Of a stretch of DNA of 46,177 nucleotides, positions 16,281-22,332 are shown in pieces; positions within the stretch are counted from its first letter, which is position 1; every line of letters starts with the position of its first letter. The stretch covers positions 1-46,177 of IMG/VR virus record IMGVR_UViG_3300035156_000180, one strand, 5' to 3'. The notes under the pieces were generated by a model. The model saw only the letters and a program-made list of their open reading frames with translations, had not been told where the DNA came from and ran no database searches. Source of the stretch: a virus. Made by a program: the position numbers and the translations under genes.

Positions 16281-16633
16281 ATTTGTTGGCTCCGTGGGGA
16301 GGTTTCTGGTCCTATCCAGTCTAGTTGATATTTGGCGCAGGTTTCACGCTGCACATGGTCGGGCAGGCTAATAAAACGCAAGCACTGCCCCGCAAATTGA
16401 AAGTCGTTAAGCTGGTACTTGTTTCCGTTAGCAAGCGTAACCTGTATGCAGGCCGTGGTAACGCAGGGTATGGCCGGCGGCTTTGGCGGGTCTTTGGGCT
16501 TGCCGCCTATCAGTATGCAAATGTACAGTACCAGGCCGGTAAACAGCAGGGTAAAAAACATATTTTTAAGGGCGGTGCTGCGCTTACTCATCGTCGCCCG
16601 CCAGTAGCTGCTGCATAAACGGCTGCTCAACAT
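16277..16633 (-). CDS. Small membrane-anchored Cys-containing protein, translationally coupled to the GT2 gene
   Basis: Has the TM segment MFFTLLFTGLVLYICILIGG and then a 4-Cys domain. Its stop overlaps the GT2 ATG. The start may be at 16591 rather than 16633. Confidence 0.55.
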   Translation of the reverse strand: MLSSRLCSSYWRATMSKRSTALKNMFFTLLFTGLVLYICILIGGKPKDPPKPPAIPCVTTACIQVTLANGNKYQLNDFQFAGQCLRFISLPDHVQRETCAKYQLDWIGPETSPRSQQI

Positions 16634-16663
16634 TTACATAATATGGGTCGTCTTCTCTGTCCA

Positions 16664-17020
16664 TTACTTGCCGGCCTCCCTTGGCCCGGTGCCTACGTAA
16701 TAATCACGGGCATCATATCTAAACTCGCGGCCCACCTTATCCCAAAAGTTGCGGCGCTGCCACTCGTTTATCATCGTTATCTTAAAAAGCGCCACCGCCA
16801 TTTCCACGGGCACTTTGGCCCCCAGCTTGCGTATGCGGGCAATATCCCACTCCTGGTCGCTTTCGTCTCGCGGCTCGTCGGGGAAAATGTGGCGGCCGGC
16901 ATCCTGGGCACCCATGTAACACTTAAAGCCGTCGTGCTGGTCATATATCAGTACGGCACCAATGCCCATGCCTGGCCCAGGCGTAAGCCACTCTGCAGCT
17001 ATAAAATCACTCATGGCCAC
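16664..17020 (-). CDS. Hypothetical protein
   Basis: 118-aa ORF in the same-strand gene array. Confidence 0.55.
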   Translation of the reverse strand: MAMSDFIAAEWLTPGPGMGIGAVLIYDQHDGFKCYMGAQDAGRHIFPDEPRDESDQEWDIARIRKLGAKVPVEMAVALFKITMINEWQRRNFWDKVGREFRYDARDYYVGTGPREAGK

Positions 17021-17237
17021 CTCCGAGCAACGGCTGCTTAGCCGGCATGTTGCCTATAGCTGCCTGCAGCTGCGCACTAAGCCGGTGTTTTTCGGCCGCC
17101 AGCTGCAGCACCAAATCCTCCAGGGTTTCGGTATAGTCCTGGGCGTTATCCTGGGCGCTGCGCATAATTGCCAGCACGGTGCTGTCATGCAGCGCCAGGG
17201 CCAGTATTTTGTCGCGCTTGCTTGGGTAGCCACTCAT
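17007..17237 (-). CDS. Hypothetical protein
   Basis: 76-aa ORF. Its start has a 4-nt overlap with the upstream gene. Confidence 0.5.
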   Translation of the reverse strand: MSGYPSKRDKILALALHDSTVLAIMRSAQDNAQDYTETLEDLVLQLAAEKHRLSAQLQAAIGNMPAKQPLLGGGHE

Positions 17238-17566
17238 TGGTTAACCTGCAGTTCTTTGTATTTATCGGTAGCAGCCTCTAGCGATTCAACAGTAATACGT
17301 ACCCGCCCATTGTATTGGCTTGCCATGCCGCGTGGGCTTTCAACTATCAGCCCGCTGTCATCGGTCTTAAAATAATCCCAACTGGTATTAACAGTTGAAC
17401 CGCGCCAACTTTGCCCGGCCAAAATACGTACGTACCAACCCTTGCCCCCACTGTTGCGGCCAATAGCCGGCGAAAAATGATTGTAGCCAAAGCTGTAGCT
17501 GGCTAACTTATGGGTAACGCCCAATCTGTCCAGCTCGATTACTTGCGGGTTTTTAAGCGCTTTCAT
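17234..17566 (-). CDS. Hypothetical protein
   Basis: 110-aa ORF. ATGA coupling with the upstream mini-ORF. Confidence 0.55.
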   Translation of the reverse strand: MKALKNPQVIELDRLGVTHKLASYSFGYNHFSPAIGRNSGGKGWYVRILAGQSWRGSTVNTSWDYFKTDDSGLIVESPRGMASQYNGRVRITVESLEAATDKYKELQVNQ

Positions 17567-17730
17567 CCCTGCACCTCGGTAGCCTTGTGCTGTTTATGCT
17601 CGGCAATCAATTTGTCGATGGTTGCCGGTATGGTAAGTGGCTTGGTGCCGCCAAACTCAATTGCCAGCTCGCTAAGCGCGGCGTGGGTGTCGTCCGGCAA
17701 CGTGGTGCCTTTACTGCCTGGTCGTGCCAT
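17563..17730 (-). CDS. 55-aa ribbon-helix-helix-like protein (below the ORF-track cutoff)
   Basis: Hand translation gives MARPGSKGTTLPDDTHAALSELAIEFGGTKPLTIPATIDKLIAEHKQHKATEVQG, which has a beta-alpha-alpha pattern. ATGA overlap with the next gene. Confidence 0.5.
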   Translation of the reverse strand: MARPGSKGTTLPDDTHAALSELAIEFGGTKPLTIPATIDKLIAEHKQHKATEVQG

Positions 17731-17914
17731 TGTTTAATCCTTTCGCGGCCTCACGGGCCAATATATATTTGGTAGTTTCCTGCACAATTTGGTCGCGGAT
17801 TTGCGTAACGGTTTTGCTGGTTGATTGTTTAGCAGTCAAAACGTGGGTGGCGTTAAGCTTGGCGTTATCCAATATTTGGTACAAATCCGGGCCTGGGTTT
17901 TCATCAAAAGGCAC
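17711..17914 (-). CDS. Hypothetical protein
   Basis: 67-aa ORF directly after the helicase gene. Confidence 0.5.
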   Translation of the reverse strand: MPFDENPGPDLYQILDNAKLNATHVLTAKQSTSKTVTQIRDQIVQETTKYILAREAAKGLNNGTTRQ

Positions 17915-19161
17915 TATGCCACCCCCTCGCTTGCCTGCAGCAGCTGCGCGTCAAACTCATAAATGCTATCGTGCATCGCCAGGGCCATGTCGTTTAGGCC
18001 CAGCAAGTACAGCCCGTCCAGGCTACGCACCCGGCTAAGCGCCACGTACCCCATACTGGGCGTAAATGCCTGGCCCAGGTCAATTAGCGCAGCATCCAGG
18101 CTCATGCCCTGGCTTTTGTGTATGGTAATTGCCCAGGCTAACCGCAGCGGCACCTGGGTAACTTCTGCCAGGGTGCGGTCGTCTTCCTGTATTTTCCAGC
18201 TGTGCGGCTCCACGGTAACAACGCGGCCGCTGGTCATTTTAACTATGGGCTCGCCTGCCTTGGTAAACTTAAGCACCCGGCCGCGGGTACCATTAACAAA
18301 GCCGGCCTGGAAGTTGTTGGCTACAAACATTACCTCGGCGTTTACTTTAAGCAGCAGTGTTTCCGGGGCCAGCACCTGCTTTTTAAGCTGCTCCACTTTG
18401 TACTGGTCGCCGCCGCTGGTCATATCAAACTTCTTAAACTCGCCTGGCAGCTTGGCCAAAAAGCCTTGGTTAAGGTCGTCCACATCCACGTTATGGCTAT
18501 AAAGCCTGGTTAAAACCGTATCGGCTGGCACCTGGGCACCTACGCGCTGCTGCAGCCGGCCACGGTGGCCATCGGTTACGGTGTTTTGGCGCATTGCCTG
18601 CAGTATGTCCAGTAGCTCATCGGTACCGGCCTGGCGGTGCTGCTCGGTAATGTAGCAAACCTTTGGGGCCAGCTCCTGCCAGGCTGTGCTTTCATGGGCA
18701 AAATCAAACACGCTGCTGCCACGGGTAACGGGCGGCAGTTGGAATAAATCGCCCACCAGTACTACCTGCAGCCCGCCAAATGGCCGGTTGTTTTTGCGCA
18801 GGGTCTTTGCCACCAGGTTAATCATGTCCAGGCGGTGGCCGTGCAGCATGCTTATTTCGTCAATAACCAGCACATCGGTTTTTTTGTAGCGCTTAACTAC
18901 CCGGCTGTTATTTTCCAGCTTTTGCAGGTCGTATTTGGTTACGGCCTCGCTAATGCCCAGGCCACTCCAGCTGTGTATGGTAACGCCGTTTAGGTGGCTG
19001 GCCGCAATGCCGGTGCTGGCGGTAATGGCAACGGCCCGGCCCTGCTCCTCGGCAGCTTTGATAAATTGGTTCAGCACGTAGGTTTTGCCGGCACCAGGGG
19101 CACCAGTCAAAAACACGTTAGCGCCGGTCAGCATAATATCTAGTGCGGTGGTTTGTTTCAT
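17914..19161 (-). CDS. PIF1/RecD-like SF1 DNA helicase
   Basis: 415 aa. Walker A is FLTGAPGAGKT and Walker B is VLVIDEISM. The C-terminal TIHKSQG motif is typical of PIF1/RecD helicases. Confidence 0.85.
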   Translation of the reverse strand: MKQTTALDIMLTGANVFLTGAPGAGKTYVLNQFIKAAEEQGRAVAITASTGIAASHLNGVTIHSWSGLGISEAVTKYDLQKLENNSRVVKRYKKTDVLVIDEISMLHGHRLDMINLVAKTLRKNNRPFGGLQVVLVGDLFQLPPVTRGSSVFDFAHESTAWQELAPKVCYITEQHRQAGTDELLDILQAMRQNTVTDGHRGRLQQRVGAQVPADTVLTRLYSHNVDVDDLNQGFLAKLPGEFKKFDMTSGGDQYKVEQLKKQVLAPETLLLKVNAEVMFVANNFQAGFVNGTRGRVLKFTKAGEPIVKMTSGRVVTVEPHSWKIQEDDRTLAEVTQVPLRLAWAITIHKSQGMSLDAALIDLGQAFTPSMGYVALSRVRSLDGLYLLGLNDMALAMHDSIYEFDAQLLQASEGVA

Positions 19162-19511
19162 TTCGTTAACTCCAAATTATGGTGCAAGTCGCCAATAACA
19201 TTGCCCTCTTTAACATGCCAGGCATGTGCTACCTGGCCGCGCATCTCGCCAAAACCTACCAGGTCAAACCGGGCATTTCCCTCGGTGTACGATACTAGCC
19301 AGTTACTGCCCTTGATTCTTACGATGTCGCCGTCATAAACCTGTATGCCCTGCAGGTCGGTAAACCCACAGCTAAGCTCTACGGAACAATCGGGCAGTGC
19401 TCTATCGTCCTTAAGGTGCCATATGTCGCCATCGCCCATGGCGGCAGCTATGCCGGGGTCTAGGTACTTACGGTTTTTATCATCCCAAATGCGGTAGCGT
19501 AATTTTGTCAT
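19158..19511 (-). CDS. YopX-family protein
   Basis: Starts MTKLRYRIWDDKNRKY and ends GNVIGDLHHNLELTK, matching the YopX ends (KFRAWD... / IGNIHENPELL). Confidence 0.7.
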   Translation of the reverse strand: MTKLRYRIWDDKNRKYLDPGIAAAMGDGDIWHLKDDRALPDCSVELSCGFTDLQGIQVYDGDIVRIKGSNWLVSYTEGNARFDLVGFGEMRGQVAHAWHVKEGNVIGDLHHNLELTK

Positions 19512-20101
19512 ATGCCGGCCTCGTCTTTAGCTTTTTGCAGTTCCAGCCAGTCAGCGGTGCTGCCGCCTTTGTCGGGGTGCTTTGACTGGGCCAGCGCCTT
19601 AAACGCTGCCCTGCGCACCTCAATGGGGCTGTCAGGCGATACGCCCAGCACATCGTGCCAGCGGCGCGGCCCGGTACTATTGGGGCTGGCTTCAGCTGGC
19701 AGCGCAGTAAAGCCGGATAGGGTAGCCTCTACTATGTCGCTGGTGCCGTAGCGCTCCATGCGGCGTATGGCTTCGATTGTCAGGCCAACAGCCCGCAAGT
19801 TGTCGCGTACGCTATTAAAGCCGTCGCAGGGTATGCACAGCTGCTTAGGCTGGCCGTCTGCGCCCGTGCGCACAAAGTATACGGCAACACCAGGCGTAGC
19901 TGCTGGCTCATTGCGCCGCGGCCGGCCGTCCATGCGCAGCGGTTGGTCTGTAGAAATATAGGCCGTGGTAGCGCCTAGGCGTTCCAGCTCGGCCATTAAC
20001 TCTTTTTCGGCTTCCTCGTAGGTAACCTTAAAGCTGCCGGAAATTGGGGCTTTGGTATGCCGCCAGCCAACCGGCCATTGCAATGGGTAGTGGTGTATCA
20101 T
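19508..20101 (-). CDS. J-domain (DnaJ-like co-chaperone) protein with an N-terminal domain of unknown function
   Basis: The C-terminal VLGVSPDSPIEVRRAAFKALAQSKHPDKGGSTADWLELQKAKDEA contains the HPD tripeptide in a J-domain context. Confidence 0.75.
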   Translation of the reverse strand: MIHHYPLQWPVGWRHTKAPISGSFKVTYEEAEKELMAELERLGATTAYISTDQPLRMDGRPRRNEPAATPGVAVYFVRTGADGQPKQLCIPCDGFNSVRDNLRAVGLTIEAIRRMERYGTSDIVEATLSGFTALPAEASPNSTGPRRWHDVLGVSPDSPIEVRRAAFKALAQSKHPDKGGSTADWLELQKAKDEAGI

Positions 20102-20403
20102 GCTGCAGGTTCTCCGTTTAATAGTTGCTCGTATTTGCGCTTAAGTTCCAGGTATTCAGCCTGGTTAACTTGGCAGCATAAGTCCATATCCTCAAATGGC
20201 TCATATTGCAGCCCGTACTTTTCAACCTGGCCGGCAAACCTCTCGGCGGTATAGCTAAACGAAAACTTTTCGCCAAACTTGGCAAAATATATTTGCCGGG
20301 CCTCGGTTTCAGTCTCGGCATCAATAGTGGTGTACCAGCCCATAAGGCTGCGGCCGCGGGTGTCGTGGTGCCCCCCGCCCAGGGTTATATAGTAGGTATT
20401 CAT
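20098..20403 (-). CDS. Hypothetical protein
   Basis: 101-aa ORF, overlap-coupled on both sides. Confidence 0.55.
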   Translation of the reverse strand: MNTYYITLGGGHHDTRGRSLMGWYTTIDAETETEARQIYFAKFGEKFSFSYTAERFAGQVEKYGLQYEPFEDMDLCCQVNQAEYLELKRKYEQLLNGEPAA

Positions 20404-20732
20404 TAAAATGGTATATCCCCTAAGTCAATTGGCTCATCGTTTGCGGTAACCTTTTGCTTGGGTGCCGCTATGGTTAACTGGCTGTCGCGGCAATGCGCAA
20501 CTGCAGCGCGTTCAATGATGCGGCCCAGCTCGCCCATAAGCGGCAGCGCAGTAATAGGTACGTCCAGCGGGTCGCTTTTCCAGCTGTGGCTGCTAACGCT
20601 ATAAGTGGTTACAACCTTGCCGCCGGGTGTCATTAGGGCCAGGCTGGCAGAAACTACCGGCCCGTCGTCTTCTATGCTTACGGTGTAGCTGGTTAGCTGG
20701 GCCTTAGTAATACTAATGTCCAGCTTTTTCAT
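20403..20732 (-). CDS. Small protein ending in an SSB-type acidic C-terminal tip (DLGDIPF). Candidate non-canonical ssDNA-binding protein or SSB-tip mimic.
   Basis: 109 aa. The C-terminus NDEPIDLGDIPF resembles the bacterial SSB tail NEPPMDFDDDIPF. The N-terminal ~85 aa does not look like a canonical OB-fold SSB by eye. Confidence 0.55.
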   Translation of the reverse strand: MKKLDISITKAQLTSYTVSIEDDGPVVSASLALMTPGGKVVTTYSVSSHSWKSDPLDVPITALPLMGELGRIIERAAVAHCRDSQLTIAAPKQKVTANDEPIDLGDIPF

Positions 20733-20890
20733 GCGCTTGCCCCCGCCCCCACTTTTACATTTTTGCGCTTGTCTGCGGCAGCCTGGGCGGCCCGGCGCTG
20801 CTTATGGGTTACGTGGTCGCAATTATCATTGCCGCACCAGCCAACTGTAATTGGCCGGTCGCGCTCGGTAATACCTTTAATGTCTGTCAT
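20729..20890 (-). CDS. Hypothetical small protein
   Basis: The likely ATG at 20890 (MTDIKGITERDRP...) lies right after the upstream stop at 20893-20895. Confidence 0.45.
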   Translation of the reverse strand: MTDIKGITERDRPITVGWCGNDNCDHVTHKQRRAAQAAADKRKNVKVGAGASA

Positions 20891-20892
20891 GG

Positions 20893-21117
20893 TTAAGCCT
20901 CCAGCCCCCATTTATCTGCTAATTTTGTTAACCGGCTGTCCAAAGCCTTAAATGTTTTGCTTACGTGTATAAACGTACCGTTAAACCAAATGCGGAAGTC
21001 GCCGCGTTCACTAAAATCAACTTCGGCGGTGCGGCTGCCGTCTGGCGTGTCAAACTCGTATGTTTTGCCCTGGCGCAGTTCGCTTTCGCTAACACCTAAT
21101 TTATTTACTGTCTGCAT
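20893..21117 (-). CDS. Hypothetical protein
   Basis: 74-aa ORF in the array. Confidence 0.5.
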   Translation of the reverse strand: MQTVNKLGVSESELRQGKTYEFDTPDGSRTAEVDFSERGDFRIWFNGTFIHVSKTFKALDSRLTKLADKWGLEA

Positions 21118-21126
21118 AATTGGCTC

Positions 21127-21321
21127 CTACCGCATTAGCGCTGCAAAACTTAAACGTGTTGCCCGCTGGTTATATTTTTTTGCTATTACTTTGGCCCGCT
21201 CGTAAATCTCGTCAATAATGGGGTCAGCCTCGGCCTTGGCTTCATCGTAGGTAATCTCGCCGCTCAACATGCGCTTGCGGATGTCCTGTATTTTGGCCTG
21301 GTTGTCAACTGCCTTTTCCAT
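21127..21321 (-). CDS. Hypothetical protein
   Basis: 64-aa helical, charged ORF. Confidence 0.5.
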   Translation of the reverse strand: MEKAVDNQAKIQDIRKRMLSGEITYDEAKAEADPIIDEIYERAKVIAKKYNQRATRLSFAALMR

Positions 21322-21539
21322 TACTTTGTTACTGCCGGCTTAAAATGCTGTACCATGCGTGCTATATATGGGTCTTTTTTGGCGGCGGCAATTGCAGCAG
21401 TTAAAGCAGTGTCGGTAAACTCGTAACCGTAATCGGTAAGTACAGCCGCAATAGTTTCTTTGTCGTCGCGGGCTATCTGTACTTCCAGGTCGCCGTTTAT
21501 CACCGCTGCCGTAAGTTCTGCTGGTGTTGCCTGTGCCAT
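21321..21539 (-). CDS. Hypothetical protein. First gene of the middle operon.
   Basis: 72-aa ORF with SD AAAGGA 8 nt upstream and promoter 21572-21600 just upstream. Confidence 0.55.
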   Translation of the reverse strand: MAQATPAELTAAVINGDLEVQIARDDKETIAAVLTDYGYEFTDTALTAAIAAAKKDPYIARMVQHFKPAVTK

Positions 21540-21563
21540 GTTGTTGGTCCTTTATTTAACTTA

Positions 21564-21624
21564 GTACCCTTATAGTACCCCCTCTGCGTGGTACATGCAA
21601 GTACAAAATAGTACAATATAGTAC
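21564..21624. repeat. Array of six GTAC-core motifs (AGTAC[AC]) with 10-11-bp phasing, overlapping the promoter
   Basis: GTAC occurs at 21564, 21575, 21591, 21601, 21611 and 21621, giving spacings of 11, 16, 10, 10 and 10 bp. Confidence 0.8.
21572..21600 (-). promoter_or_regulatory. Promoter TTGCAT-N17-TACTAT for the 21539-and-downstream operon
   Basis: The minus strand reads TGTACTTGCAT-gtaccacgcagaggggg-TACTAT, counted by hand. It lies immediately downstream of two terminators. Confidence 0.6.
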
Positions 21625-21636
21625 ACCTGTGGATAA

Positions 21637-21676
21637 GAAAAAACCCCTTAAGCAATCTCGCATTGAGCTTAAGGGG
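21637..21676 (-). terminator. Intrinsic terminator closing the MTase/speD cassette
   Basis: 9-bp stem ccccttaag / cttaagggg with a 15-nt loop, followed on the minus strand by TTTTTT. Confidence 0.65.
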
Positions 21677-21772
21677 CACTGCATAAGGCTCTCAACCATA
21701 TGCTGCGTGGCTAGTTTGGGCCACCCACTTATCATTTTAGTAAAACCACCTCTAAATACAAGCATTAAAATG

Positions 21773-21808
21773 CCCGCCTGCGGAAAGGACCAACTAACTG
21801 CAGGCGGG
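21773..21808 (-). terminator. Hairpin / possible terminator directly after the 54-aa membrane ORF
   Basis: 9-bp stem cccgcctgc / gcaggcggg, followed on the minus strand by the U-rich ATTTTAATGCTT. Confidence 0.4.
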
Positions 21809-21815
21809 TATAGGC

Positions 21816-21980
21816 TCACTTTATCTTAGGGCGGATAAACAGTAAAGCAAAAAGCATAAGCCCGCTAAACCAGGCTGTGTTGCCCATTACCGCGCCGTCC
21901 GTAATTATGGTAGTAAAACACGCTATGGCAAACACCAGGCCCATGGCCACGGTAATGCCGTCAAATATTAGCTTTTTCAT
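21816..21980 (-). CDS. 54-aa two-TM-helix membrane peptide (below the ORF-track cutoff)
   Basis: Hand translation gives MKKLIFDGITVAMGLVFAIACFTTIITDGAVMGNTAWFSGLMLFALLFIRPKIK. The ATG overlaps the speD 3' end by 20 nt. Confidence 0.45.
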   Translation of the reverse strand: MKKLIFDGITVAMGLVFAIACFTTIITDGAVMGNTAWFSGLMLFALLFIRPKIK

Positions 21981-22332
21981 ATTGGCCCCTCTCTATCATG
22001 CGCAGACTGCTTTGCTTAGGCTGCAGCTGGCTTATTAAATACCGCCCGGCCTTTTCGGGGTCGCACACATCACCGCAGGTAAATATGTCTGCCATAAACA
22101 CCCCCAGCTCCGGGTAGGTGTGTATGCTAATGTGGCTCTCACTTAATACAGCCACGACCGTTACGCCCTGCGGCTCAAACTTTTCGGTACGTATGTGCAG
22201 CACGGTGGCCCCGGCCACGTTGGCAGCCAGGGCAATAAGCCGCTCTAGGTTCTCCGGCTCGTTCAATATATCAAAACTGCAGCCGCTGGCATCCAGTAGG
22301 CAGTGCTTACCCGTTGCTAGGTGTTTTGTCAT
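21961..22332 (-). CDS. speD: Pyruvoyl-dependent S-adenosylmethionine decarboxylase proenzyme (SpeD/SpeH class)
   Basis: VAVLSESHISIHTYPE contains the self-cleavage Ser. ADIFTCGD is also present. Length and overall alignment by eye match the small bacterial SpeH type. The first ATG is at 22332. The ORF-track start at 22359 is a TTG. Confidence 0.85.
   Translation of the reverse strand: MTKHLATGKHCLLDASGCSFDILNEPENLERLIALAANVAGATVLHIRTEKFEPQGVTVVAVLSESHISIHTYPELGVFMADIFTCGDVCDPEKAGRYLISQLQPKQSSLRMIERGQYEKANI

Noticed and set aside
21556-21819. 87-aa minus-strand ORF between the speD cassette and the middle operon
   Set aside because: It spans two terminator hairpins, the GTAC array and the promoter. 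The sequence is not protein-like. The region is better explained as regulatory.
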